Assembly: GCA_048250755.1 (NCBI GenBank) | Contig: DBEZMF010000011.1 | Location: 874-64,873 of the forward strand | From: Collinsella sp. | GTDB lineage: Bacteria > Actinomycetota > Coriobacteriia > Coriobacteriales > Coriobacteriaceae | Reading direction: 5' to 3' | DNA: 64,000 bases | Shown here: positions 18,842-28,485 of the stretch, one piece after another | How the letters are laid out: the number at the start of each line of letters is the position of its first letter | Numbering within the stretch: position 1 is the stretch's first letter | Made by a program: the position numbers and the translations under genes | Notes under the pieces: model-generated | What the model was told of the DNA's origin: nothing | What the model saw: only the letters and a program-made list of their open reading frames with translations | Databases searched by the model: none

Positions 18842-20194
18842 CTAGGCGTTCTGCTCGGCGAGGGCCTCCTGCTTGGCGATGGCCTTCTCGGAGATCCTCA
18901 TAAAGGGCAGGTAGACAGCCATGCCGATGACCAGCTCCAGAGCCTGCCACACGCCGGCGCGCCAGTCAAAGCCCGTAGCAAGCAGGGCGTTGATGACGGG
19001 CGGCATGGTCCAAGGCACCTGAGCGATGCAGGGGCTGATGATGCCAGCGCAGGTCAGGCCATAGGTGACACCGATGAACAGGTCGGGAAGAAGCACGAAC
19101 GGAATCATGAGCGGCAGGTTGTACACGATGGGGTAACCGTAGATGACCGGCTCGTTGATGTTGAACAGGCCAGGCAGAATGGCCATCTTGGCAACGGTCT
19201 TGGAGGCCTTGTTCTTGGAGAACAGGAAGGTGTCGAGCAGCAGCATGAGGGTGCAGCCCGAGCCGCCGATGAGGGCGAAGCTGTTGACGATCTGCATGTT
19301 CATGTAGTGATCGGGCTGGATGGTACCGCCGGCGGCAAAGGTAGCCATGTTGTCGACGATGAGCATGGTCAGGATCGGCTCGACGGTAGCGCCCGAGATG
19401 GTGGACTGGTGAATACCAACGCAGAACAGCAGGTTGGCGAGGGTGTAGATGAGGATGACAGCCCACGGACCGGCGTTCATGATGCTCTTGAGCGGGTTGG
19501 AGATGCAGGTGGAGATGATGGTGCACAGGTCGGTGCCGGCGCAGACGGCGAGCAGGGCCGAGGCGATAGCGAAGATCGAGAGGTTGAGCAGCATTGGGAT
19601 CATGACGTTGAAGGAGTTGGAGACCGCAGGAGGTACGCCCTCGCCCAGCTTGACCTTGAGCTTCTCGACGCCCGAGATCTTGATGAAGAGCGTCGTGGAG
19701 AGCAGGGCGATGATGATGGCCGAGAACAGGCCGTTGGTACCGGTGTTGGCGGTCGAAAGGGCACCGGTGACCTCGGCGGAGGTGATCTTGTCGGTGAGAA
19801 GCGGGCTCGTGGCGGCAAGGGTGGCGGTGATCTGCTGCGGCATCATGATGACGAAGGCAGAGATAGCGACAACCACGCAGGCAAGCGGGTTATCGAAACG
19901 CTCGTTCTTGGCGAGGCTGTAGCCAATCAGACCGGCCAGGATAATGGCGGACACGTTAAGGGTGCCCAGGGTGATTGCCGAGCCCCAGGTCTGGAGGTTG
20001 GCGAGGCCCGCCGCATCGAGCGGGAACAGAGGGAACACGACGTTGTTGATAAGAACCGCGATACCCGCAAGGATATAGAGCGGCGTGATGGTCGCGAAGG
20101 CATCGCGCAGGGAACGCAGATGAACCTGGTTTCCCACCTTCGCAGAGACCTCGGCAAATTTGTCGAGGAAGCTCTTTCCGTTGTCACTGGCCAT
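18842..20194 (-). CDS. PTS cellobiose family IIC permease
   Basis: LRSLRDAF, GIH, IGGSG, FNINEPVIYGYPIVYN, YLPF. Confidence 0.93.
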   Translation of the reverse strand: MASDNGKSFLDKFAEVSAKVGNQVHLRSLRDAFATITPLYILAGIAVLINNVVFPLFPLDAAGLANLQTWGSAITLGTLNVSAIILAGLIGYSLAKNERFDNPLACVVVAISAFVIMMPQQITATLAATSPLLTDKITSAEVTGALSTANTGTNGLFSAIIIALLSTTLFIKISGVEKLKVKLGEGVPPAVSNSFNVMIPMLLNLSIFAIASALLAVCAGTDLCTIISTCISNPLKSIMNAGPWAVILIYTLANLLFCVGIHQSTISGATVEPILTMLIVDNMATFAAGGTIQPDHYMNMQIVNSFALIGGSGCTLMLLLDTFLFSKNKASKTVAKMAILPGLFNINEPVIYGYPIVYNLPLMIPFVLLPDLFIGVTYGLTCAGIISPCIAQVPWTMPPVINALLATGFDWRAGVWQALELVIGMAVYLPFMRISEKAIAKQEALAEQNA

Positions 20195-20314
20195 GATTGC
20201 TCCTAACTTTCAAATCCGGCCTTTTCCTATGCGCACGGTGGTCTGTCGCCCTCTGCCACCAGATGTGCCATGTGTTGCGCGCGGCGGCGCGCGGTCTGGG
20301 CGTTCGCCCGGTCG

Positions 20315-21715
20315 CTAATCAACCACGTGGGTCGTGGCGACCTGTTTGAGCCAGGCCGCCGACTTCTTAAGGCGGCGCTTGTAGCCGTCCATGAGATCGA
20401 CCTCGACAAAGCCGTAACGATTCTTAAAGGCATTGGCCCAAGACCAGTTATCGATGACGGCCCAGTAGTGATAGCCCCGGCACTTGGCGCCCTCGTCGAT
20501 GGCCTTGGCCACCCACTCCAGGTGCTGACGTACAAAGTCGACGCGGTAGTCATCCTGGATGGTTCCTTCGGCGTCACGGTTCTTGTATTCGTCCATGATG
20601 CCGATGCCGTTCTCGGAAACGAACCACTCAAGATCGGGGTAGTTCTTAGCGCAGTCCATGCCAAAGTCGTAGAGGCCCTGCGGGTAGATCTCCCAGCCGC
20701 GGCTCTCGTTCATAACGGCGTCGGGCCATACGTACTCGTCGGCAAAGTGCGGCAGGCCGTACTGGTCGACCTTGCTCGCCGGCGCCTGAACACGCGTGGG
20801 GTGGTAGTAGTTGCAGCCGAGCCAGTCGACAACACCCTGCTTGAGGATCTCTTGGTCGCCGGCGCGGAACGGGAGCTTAACGCCGCCCTCGGCCAGGCTG
20901 TCGAGCACGTCGGCAGGAAGCTCGCCCTTGGTGATGAGGTCGAGCCACCAGCGGTTGTTGATGCCGCTGGTCATGCGCACGGCCTCGAGGTCCGCCTCGC
21001 TGGGGTTCTCCTTGGTGTAGACCGGGGTAAAGCAGTTGATCATGCCGATCTTGGCATCGGCGCGAATAGCGCCCTCGTCATAGGCGCGACGATAGTTGGC
21101 CACGGCCAGCGCGTGCGCCAGCGAGATGTGATACTGCACGGTGCGGGCGCGGTTGAAGTCGTGGAGCTGCGGGAACCACACGCCCTCCTGATAGCGCTGC
21201 TCGGGCTCGACGATGGGCTCGTTAAAGGTGAACCAGTACTTAATCTCCTGGCCAAACTCGTGGAAGGCGACGTCGGCGTAATGTGCGTAAGCCTCGACAA
21301 CCTCACGGCTCTCCCAGCCGCCACGGTTAAAGAGGTAGGTGGGCATGTCAAAGTGGTACAAGTTGACAAACGGCTCCAAGCCGGCTTCGCGAGAGGCGCG
21401 GAACAACTCGTGATACCACGCGGCACCTTCCTCGTTGAGGTTGCCGTCGGCATCGAGCAGACGGCTCCACTGGATGGAAGTGCGATAGGTATCCAGACCC
21501 AAGTCCTTCAAAATGCGAAGGTCTTCCTGGTACTTGGCCATAAAGTCATTGCCGGCGTAAGAGCCAACGCGGTTGTAGAACGAACCCAGATCCTGGATGG
21601 ACCAGGTGTCCCACAGGTTCTCGAGCTTGCCGCCCTGGTTCCACTGACCCTCAGTCTGCGGGCCGGACATAGCAGCGCCAAAGAAGAAGTCGTTGGGCAG
21701 CTGATACTGTGCCAT
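20315..21715 (-). CDS. GH1 6-phospho-beta-glycosidase (GmuD-like)
   Basis: SGPQTEG, TFNEP acid/base, SENG nucleophile, DNWSWANAFKNRYG. Confidence 0.93.
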   Translation of the reverse strand: MAQYQLPNDFFFGAAMSGPQTEGQWNQGGKLENLWDTWSIQDLGSFYNRVGSYAGNDFMAKYQEDLRILKDLGLDTYRTSIQWSRLLDADGNLNEEGAAWYHELFRASREAGLEPFVNLYHFDMPTYLFNRGGWESREVVEAYAHYADVAFHEFGQEIKYWFTFNEPIVEPEQRYQEGVWFPQLHDFNRARTVQYHISLAHALAVANYRRAYDEGAIRADAKIGMINCFTPVYTKENPSEADLEAVRMTSGINNRWWLDLITKGELPADVLDSLAEGGVKLPFRAGDQEILKQGVVDWLGCNYYHPTRVQAPASKVDQYGLPHFADEYVWPDAVMNESRGWEIYPQGLYDFGMDCAKNYPDLEWFVSENGIGIMDEYKNRDAEGTIQDDYRVDFVRQHLEWVAKAIDEGAKCRGYHYWAVIDNWSWANAFKNRYGFVEVDLMDGYKRRLKKSAAWLKQVATTHVVD

Positions 21716-21745
21716 CAAAGTCCTCGCTTTCGTGTTCTAGAGCTT

Positions 21746-21843
21746 CCGGTTGGAGACGGGTTTGCTTTGGCAGGTTATCCGGCGCGGGCGCGCACCGGCC
21801 ATACCGATATCCAACCCGCCAAAACAAAACCGTCCCCAAACGG
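21746..21843. repeat. Degenerate REP doublet (AAAAAGGGACAGG family)
   Basis: 31-bp imperfect inverted arms at 21746-21776 and 21813-21843. Confidence 0.6.
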
Positions 21844-21880
21844 TCGATCCTGTTGTGCGGAAGGATTCCGTTCGTTGCTT

Positions 21881-21910
21881 AAACTATAGCGCTCTAATTT
21901 TAAAAGTAAA
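21881..21910 (-). promoter_or_regulatory. Putative GH1/PTS operon promoter overlapped by a palindromic operator
   Basis: Minus strand TTTACT-N16-TATAGT; AAACTATAGCGCTCTAATTT is 16/20 palindromic. Confidence 0.5.
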
Positions 21911-22019
21911 GCGTCTTTTTCTTTTTTCTTTCTCGAACTTCTTAGATAAAAGTAATATGGATGCCCTGTTGAGGGTTATACTTACTTTTTGTATTCATAT
22001 ATGTCGGAAAGGAGGTTCC

Positions 22020-22739
22020 ATGATTCCCAAATACGAGGCGATAGCTGCAGATATTCGTCGAAGTATCGAGGATGGCGCTCTTAAACCGGGCGACAAGCTT
22101 CCCACCGTCGTTGAGTTCTGTGAGCTCTATAGCGTTTCCAAAATCACTGTCAAACGAGCTATCGAGCAAATCACCGAGGAAGGTCTAATTACCAGCCGTC
22201 GTGGATCGGGTACCTACGTTAAGGACACGGCGGGGCTTCCCGGCCAGGCGTTTTTCCAGGGCAAAAACGACCGTGCCCAGGGTTTTTCGTATGAGCACCG
22301 CGGGGAGAAGGTGACCTCGGTGGTCTACGATTTCTCGATTGTTAATCCACCAGCGGACATCGCAGCCCAGCTGGGAATTGCCGAGGATGACTTTGCCTAT
22401 CACATCGTGCGCGTGCGTCAGGCCGATGAGAAGCCCATCGTTATCGAGTACACCTACATGCCGCTCGAGCTGATTCCGGGCCTTAAAAAGAAGGACCTGT
22501 ACGGATCGGTCTACCATTTCATCCGCGAGCAATGCGGGCTGAAAATTTCGAGCTTCCACCGTACCATTCGCGCCGTGGCAGCAACCAAGGAAGAAGCTGA
22601 GCGCCTGGACACCAAACCTGGCTCTCCCCTGCTCGAGCTCAAGCAGATTGGCTTTTTGGACAGCGGCGCCGCCTTTGAGTATTCGGTCTCGCGCAACGTT
22701 GGCGACCGCTTTGAGTTGCACAACATAACATTGGCATAG
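22020..22739 (+). CDS. GntR family regulator with UTRA domain (GmuR-like)
   Basis: GDKLPT..E...YSVSKITVKRA..RRGSGTYV; GGAGG RBS. Confidence 0.92.
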   Translation: MIPKYEAIAADIRRSIEDGALKPGDKLPTVVEFCELYSVSKITVKRAIEQITEEGLITSRRGSGTYVKDTAGLPGQAFFQGKNDRAQGFSYEHRGEKVTSVVYDFSIVNPPADIAAQLGIAEDDFAYHIVRVRQADEKPIVIEYTYMPLELIPGLKKKDLYGSVYHFIREQCGLKISSFHRTIRAVAATKEEAERLDTKPGSPLLELKQIGFLDSGAAFEYSVSRNVGDRFELHNITLA

Positions 22740-22807
22740 GTTTTTGTAGTCATACAGGCGCTCGTTTTGAACAGTTTTACGCGGCGCCCACGCAGCACAA
22801 TGGGGGT

Positions 22808-23746
22808 ATGAACATGTCCGATTTGATTAAACTGACGCCGATCTTCCACGAGAAGATCTGGGGCGGCCGCCAGCTCGAAACCGTATTTGGTTACGACATT
22901 CCCGAGGGTCCCATCGGTGAGTGCTGGGCCATCTCGGCCCACCCCAACGGCGACTGCCAGATTGCGGAGGGCCCGTATGCCGGCCACACGCTGTCGTGGC
23001 TGTGGGCCGAGCATCGCGAGCTCTTTGGCAACTGCGAGGGCAAGGAGTTCCCGCTGCTCATTAAGATTCTGGACGCCAAGGACGACCTTTCGATCCAGAT
23101 TCATCCCAACGACGAGTACGCCGCCAAGCACGAGAACGGCAGCCTGGGCAAAACCGAGTGCTGGTATGTGCTGGACTGCGAGCCCGGCGCCACGATCATC
23201 GTCGGCCAGCGTGCCAAGGACCGCGCGGAGGCCGCACAGATGATCGAGGAAGGCCGTTGGGACGACATGCTCAACGTGCTGCCGATCCACAAGGGCGACT
23301 TTTTCCAGATTGATTCCGGTACCGTGCATGCCATCAAGACCGGCACGCTCATTTTGGAGACGCAGCAGTCGAGCGACGTGACGTATCGTCTGTACGACTA
23401 CGACCGCCCCGGCACCGACGGCAAGCTGCGCCCCCTGCACATTGAGCAGAGCCTCGATTGCATCGATTTTGATGCTCAGGCTCCGATCGACGGCACGGTG
23501 ACCGCGCCCGAGGTGGACGGCGTGACCGAGCTCGAGTCTAACTCCTGCTACACCGTCGATCGCGTGCGCGTCGACGGCAGCAAGACCCTCGACCAGCGTT
23601 GGCCCTTCATGTGCCTATCGGTCATCGACGGCGAAGGCACCGTCTGCGGCGACCCCGTCCACAAGGGAAGCCACCTGCTGGCCCCGAACACCGTCAGCTC
23701 CATCGACCTCGAAGGCAAGATGGAACTGATCATCAGCCACCTCTAG
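22808..23746 (+). CDS. manA: Mannose-6-phosphate isomerase, class I
   Basis: EKIWGG, GECW, FPLLIKILDA, LSIQIHP, GKTECWY, QSSDVTYRLYDY. Confidence 0.95.
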   Translation: MNMSDLIKLTPIFHEKIWGGRQLETVFGYDIPEGPIGECWAISAHPNGDCQIAEGPYAGHTLSWLWAEHRELFGNCEGKEFPLLIKILDAKDDLSIQIHPNDEYAAKHENGSLGKTECWYVLDCEPGATIIVGQRAKDRAEAAQMIEEGRWDDMLNVLPIHKGDFFQIDSGTVHAIKTGTLILETQQSSDVTYRLYDYDRPGTDGKLRPLHIEQSLDCIDFDAQAPIDGTVTAPEVDGVTELESNSCYTVDRVRVDGSKTLDQRWPFMCLSVIDGEGTVCGDPVHKGSHLLAPNTVSSIDLEGKMELIISHL

Positions 23747-23888
23747 GTCGCAGCAACAACCAAAACGCAACAAGGGGCTCCCCCGTCCACCAACGGAGGA
23801 GCCCCTTATCCATATATATCAGCCCACCCGGCTCTCCAGATCAAAAAAGCGGACGAGCAGAGCGACGTTCGCAAGCAACGTTATCTAA

Positions 23889-24017
23889 GGACCTGGACGG
23901 GCGTATGGGGCAACATCGATCGCGAGTTCCGCACGAGCCGGAGAGCACTTAATGTGCTCTCCGTGCGAGCAGGACTGCCCGAGCAGGCGATGTTGCCCCA
24001 TACGCCCGCCCAGGTCC
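23889..24017. repeat. Nested (cruciform) palindromic element
   Basis: 30-bp arms GGACCTGGACGGGCGTATGGGGCAACATCG / CGATGTTGCCCCATACGCCCGCCCAGGTCC; inner hairpin GGAGAGCAC-TTAAT-GTGCTCTCC. Confidence 0.8.
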
Positions 24018-24024
24018 GCCGGGA

Positions 24025-26925
24025 TCACGACAGTTTGACAATCGGTGCAAAACCCTTCATCAGCTTTTTGGTCTGGCCGGTCTTTTCGAATTGAACCTCG
24101 ATCATGTCTCCGGCGACCGAGATCACGGTACCCGTGCCAAAGGTCTTGTGACTCACGGTATCGCCCGCGGCAAAGTCCTGCGATGCGCTGGCGCGATCGA
24201 CCTTGCGCTCCACCGTCGGGGACACCTTAGACGACGGCTTTTTGGCTCGCGGCGCGCCCGAGCCAAAGGTCGAGGCAACGCGGCCGGCGTCGGGCGAAAC
24301 CCCACGATGGCGCTCGGTCCCGTAACTGCTGCCGCCAAAGAAGTCGTCAAAGCTCGATCCGCCGCGCGAACCGGAACCGCCGGTCGAACGCGTATGCGAA
24401 CCGAACACCTTGCCGCCATACATATCCGAGCCCATGCCCGAGCCAAAGGTGCCGTGACGGTCGCCGCGCTTCTCCCAGCCCGTGCCCTCAAAACCGGCAG
24501 AGCCGATACCGCTAAACTCGATATCCTCAAACGGAATCTCGTTGAGGAAGCGCGAGCGCGGGTTGGCAGAGGTCGAACCGTAGGTGCGACGCGTGGCCGC
24601 ATAGGTCAAGAACAGGCGCTTGCGAGCACGCGTGATGGCGACATAGGCCAAGCGACGCTCCTCCTCGAGCTTGCCCGGATCGTCACTACCGCCAAAGTCG
24701 TGCACGTGCGGGAAGATGCCCTCCTCCATACCGGCCACGAACACCGCCGGGAACTCCAGGCCCTTGGCGGAGTGAATGGTCATCATGGTGATGGCATGCG
24801 TCTCGCCTGCCAGGGAATCCAAGTCGGAGCGCAGGGCCAACCACTCCATAAGAGCAGGAAGCGCCTTGCAGGTGAGCGGACCGTAGGTGCGCTCGATCTC
24901 GTCGGCATGCACGGCGCCCGCCGGCATCTCCGTCGGCGCGGCATACGCGTTGCCCGCGATGGCGGCAGCCAAGGCATCCTGTGGTGAGAGCGCCGGAGCG
25001 GCTAGGCTATCGAGCGGATTGGAGCCCGCGGCGTCACGAGCGCCGATGAGCGCCTCAAACGAGGATGCCGGGGCAGACGGCCCCGGTTCGGGCGCAGGCG
25101 CGCTCACCACGACGGGCTCGGGCTCGGCGCCGGCGGGCACGTCGGCAACACCGGCCGCGCGCAGCTCTTCTAGGCTCTCGAGTGTGCCCTCGATATCCTC
25201 GTGCGTCTCCTCAAATTCGGCGGCGACACCCAGGAATTCCTGGATGTTCTCGGCACGGCTCTCGGATTCCATGGTGCCCTCGGCACGGAAAGCCTGCAGC
25301 AGGCCCGTCTTGTCGACAATCATCTCGACAACGTCCTTGAGCTCGCCGTCCATGCGACGACCCTCGCGCACCAGCGCCACAAAACTCGACAGGCCGTTGC
25401 GCACCTTAGCGCTAAACATGCCGGTTTCGGCGCACGCGATCTCACAAGCCTGGAAGAACGAACAACGGTTGTCGCGCGCCAGCTGCTCAATCTTTTGGAT
25501 CGAGGTGGAGCCGATGCCGCGGCGCGGCGTGTTGATGACGCGTTTAACGCTCATCTCGTCGGCCGGGTTCACGATCATCTTGAGGTAGGCCATGACGTCG
25601 CGGATCTCGGCACGGTCGAAGAATCGCGTGCCGCCCACGATCTTGTAGGGCACGCCCGCGCGCAGGAACATATCTTCGAGAATGCGCGACTGGGCGTTGG
25701 TGCGGTAGAACACGGCGATGTCGTCGTAACTCGTGCCCTTGGCATGCAGCTTCTCGATCTCGCCGGCAATCCAGCGGCCCTCGTCGCGCTCGTCGCTCGC
25801 CTGGAAGGTCTGGATCTTCTCGCCGTCGCCCTCGGCCGTAAACAGGCGCTTGTCCTTGCGCTGCGAGTTGTGGCGCACCACGGCGTTGGCGGCGCTCAGG
25901 ATATGGCCCGTGGAGCGATAGTTCTGCTCCAGTTTGACGGTCTTGCAGTCTTTAAAGTCCTTCTCAAAGTCCAGGATATTGGTGATGTCGGCGCCACGCC
26001 AGCTATAAATGGACTGGTCGTCATCGCCCACGACCATGAGGTTTTGGTACTTGGCGGCCAGCAGATTGGCGATCTCGTACTGGACGTGGTTGGTGTCCTG
26101 GTACTCGTCGACGCTAATGTAGCGGAAGCGCTCCTGGTACTTGTCGAGCACCTCGGGGCGGGTGCGCAGCAGCTCGAGTGCGCGAACGAGCAGGTCGTCG
26201 AAGTCCATGGCGTTGGCGGCACGCAGACGGCGCTCCAGCTCCAGGTAGACCTGCGCGGCCTTTTTGTCGTTGGGGCTGTCGGCGGATTTGAGCATGTCCT
26301 CGGGGCCGATCATGGCGTTTTTGGCCGAGCTGATCTTGCTGCGGATCATGTTGATGGGGAACTGCTTTTGCTCGATACCGAGCGCCTGCATAATGTCACG
26401 CACCATGCGCTTTGAGTCATCGTCATCGTAGATGGTGAACTGACCGGTGTAGCCCAGCAGGTCGGCGTCCTCGCGCAGCATGCGCACGCACATGGCGTGG
26501 AAGGTGCACACCCACATGCCGCGGGTGCCACTGGGGATGAGCGCTGCCAGACGCTCGCGCATCTCGGCCGCGGCCTTGTTGGTAAACGTGATGGCCAGGA
26601 CCTGCCAGGGCTTAACGCCCAGGTCGCCAAGCATATGCGCGATGCGGAAGGTCAGGACGCGGGTCTTGCCCGAGCCGGCGCCGGCAAGGACCAGCAGCGG
26701 GCCCTCGGTGGTCAGGACCGCCTCGCGCTGAGCGGGATTAAGGCTGTCGATGTCGACGAGCGGCTTGGCGGGCTTGGGCGCCGGCGCGGGAGCGTCGTAG
26801 ATGTCGAGCGGAACGAGCTCGGGCTCCGGCGCAGCAGGGGCGGTGTATGCATCGAGCGGCACGGGTTCCGGCGCGGGCGGCACAGGTACCGCGACATTCT
26901 TTTCCCAGGGCAAGGGCTGGGTCAT
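24025..26925 (-). CDS. pcrA: UvrD/PcrA ATP-dependent DNA helicase with low-complexity insertions
   Basis: AGAGSGKT, TFTNKAA, VDEYQDTN, VGDDDQSIY, LEQNYRS, HSAKGLEF, YVAITRA, C-terminal Tudor-like domain. Confidence 0.95.
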   Translation of the reverse strand: MTQPLPWEKNVAVPVPPAPEPVPLDAYTAPAAPEPELVPLDIYDAPAPAPKPAKPLVDIDSLNPAQREAVLTTEGPLLVLAGAGSGKTRVLTFRIAHMLGDLGVKPWQVLAITFTNKAAAEMRERLAALIPSGTRGMWVCTFHAMCVRMLREDADLLGYTGQFTIYDDDDSKRMVRDIMQALGIEQKQFPINMIRSKISSAKNAMIGPEDMLKSADSPNDKKAAQVYLELERRLRAANAMDFDDLLVRALELLRTRPEVLDKYQERFRYISVDEYQDTNHVQYEIANLLAAKYQNLMVVGDDDQSIYSWRGADITNILDFEKDFKDCKTVKLEQNYRSTGHILSAANAVVRHNSQRKDKRLFTAEGDGEKIQTFQASDERDEGRWIAGEIEKLHAKGTSYDDIAVFYRTNAQSRILEDMFLRAGVPYKIVGGTRFFDRAEIRDVMAYLKMIVNPADEMSVKRVINTPRRGIGSTSIQKIEQLARDNRCSFFQACEIACAETGMFSAKVRNGLSSFVALVREGRRMDGELKDVVEMIVDKTGLLQAFRAEGTMESESRAENIQEFLGVAAEFEETHEDIEGTLESLEELRAAGVADVPAGAEPEPVVVSAPAPEPGPSAPASSFEALIGARDAAGSNPLDSLAAPALSPQDALAAAIAGNAYAAPTEMPAGAVHADEIERTYGPLTCKALPALMEWLALRSDLDSLAGETHAITMMTIHSAKGLEFPAVFVAGMEEGIFPHVHDFGGSDDPGKLEEERRLAYVAITRARKRLFLTYAATRRTYGSTSANPRSRFLNEIPFEDIEFSGIGSAGFEGTGWEKRGDRHGTFGSGMGSDMYGGKVFGSHTRSTGGSGSRGGSSFDDFFGGSSYGTERHRGVSPDAGRVASTFGSGAPRAKKPSSKVSPTVERKVDRASASQDFAAGDTVSHKTFGTGTVISVAGDMIEVQFEKTGQTKKLMKGFAPIVKLS

Positions 26926-27064
26926 GGGCGACTCCTCATCTGACGGACGGCGCGCCTGCGGGCAGCGCCATAGTTTGAGCCGTACCAGTATACCGAGCCG
27001 CGCGGACACCGACGCAAATCACACCACGACTCCGTGCGCCACCGTCAGGCCCGCCCAGCGGATT

Positions 27065-27095
27065 TGGCGCAATGGGGTCAGGTTACTTTGCACCA
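27065..27095. repeat. REP-like element (GGGGTCAGGT family)
   Basis: Reverse complement of 16820-16849 with 2 mismatches. Confidence 0.7.
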
Positions 27096-27171
27096 ATCTA
27101 TTGGCAATCACGAAACCGCCGATGTCATGGCAGCAGCAGCGAGCGGCGGCCGGGGCGAACAAATTGGCATG

Positions 27172-27213
27172 AAAAGGGGGCGGCATAGACCTTTTGGTCA
27201 TGCCGCCCCCTTT
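27172..27213 (-). terminator. Intrinsic terminator after uppP
   Basis: AAAAGGGGGCGGCAT...ATGCCGCCCCCTTT. Confidence 0.75.
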
Positions 27214-27257
27214 GAATGACAAGTTGTCGTTCTGGCCGCCGCGCAGCGTCAACCAAG

Positions 27258-28238
27258 TTACAGGCCGAGCATAGGCTCCAGAACGAAGAAGTATGCGAGC
27301 ACTACGACGCCCAGGATGATGCGGTAAACACCGAAGCACTTGAAGTCGTGACGGCGGACGAAGCCCATGAGCCACTTGATGGCGATGAGCGAAACCACAA
27401 AGGCCACAACGCAGCCCACGCCCAAGATAGCGACCTCGTTGGCGCCGAACGTGCCGCCCTTGATGAAGTATTTGACCAGCTTGAGTGCACTCGCGCCAAA
27501 CATGACAGGGATGGCCAGGAAGAACGTAAACTTGGACGCCACCGAACGCGTACAGCCCAAAAGCAGGCCGCCGATGATGGTAGAACCGGAGCGAGACGTA
27601 CCAGGCACCAGCGAAAGCACCTGGAAGCAGCCGATACCCAGCGCAGTCTTCCAGCTCAGGTCCTCGAGCGTGGCGATGGAGCCAAAGTCCAGATTCTCGT
27701 CATCGTCCTCATCCTCAGCGGTAGCCGCGGCGGGCGCCGCAAAGTGCGCACCGGCGGGACGTCCACCCGACACCACAGCACGCGAGCCAAACGAACCGGC
27801 AACGGCCATTTCCTCGCGCTTGCTCGCGCGCCAGTTCTCGATCACGATAAACAGCACGCCGTACACAATGAGCGCCAGCGCCACGACGGGAGCATTGTAG
27901 AAATGCTCCTCCATCCAGTCGTTAAGCGGCAGACCGATCGCCGCGGCGGGAATGCAGCCGAGCACAATCTTGCCCCACAGCACCCAGGTGTCGCGACGGC
28001 CCTCCTTGCCCTTGCTGGGCGAGAACGGATTGAGCTCATGGAAGAACAGCACACAGACGGCCAGAATGGCGCCGAGCTGAATCACGACCAGGAACATATT
28101 CCAGAACGTCTCGCTCACGTTCATCTTGACGAACTCGTCCACCAAGATCATGTGACCGGTCGACGAAACAGGCAGCCATTCGGTGATGCCCTCGACCAGG
28201 CCCATGAAGGCAGATTTTAGAAGCTCGATAATATCCAA
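27258..28238 (-). CDS. uppP: Undecaprenyl-diphosphatase (BacA)
   Basis: EGITEWLPVSSTGH, IQLGAILA, PGTSRSGST; TTG start after GAGGGG. Confidence 0.94.
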   Translation of the reverse strand: MDIIELLKSAFMGLVEGITEWLPVSSTGHMILVDEFVKMNVSETFWNMFLVVIQLGAILAVCVLFFHELNPFSPSKGKEGRRDTWVLWGKIVLGCIPAAAIGLPLNDWMEEHFYNAPVVALALIVYGVLFIVIENWRASKREEMAVAGSFGSRAVVSGGRPAGAHFAAPAAATAEDEDDDENLDFGSIATLEDLSWKTALGIGCFQVLSLVPGTSRSGSTIIGGLLLGCTRSVASKFTFFLAIPVMFGASALKLVKYFIKGGTFGANEVAILGVGCVVAFVVSLIAIKWLMGFVRRHDFKCFGVYRIILGVVVLAYFFVLEPMLGL

Positions 28239-28485
28239 AGGGACCCCCTCGTTAGACACCCGCCGATATTGTTCTGCGGACGGTGCGGGCGATGTCCCAT
28301 TATCAACCGTTCGGGCGCGTCTACGCCTACCCTTACCAAAAAACTCGCCCGTTCACAGAATTGCGAGCGGTCAAACCCAAATCCTTGGGTATAACTGCAA
28401 CAAGATAAAGTGTCCGGCGGCCAACGCGCCCGCGCCCGCCCGATGCACGAGCCCCGCGCCCGTGCGATAGACCAAGGAGGAAACC

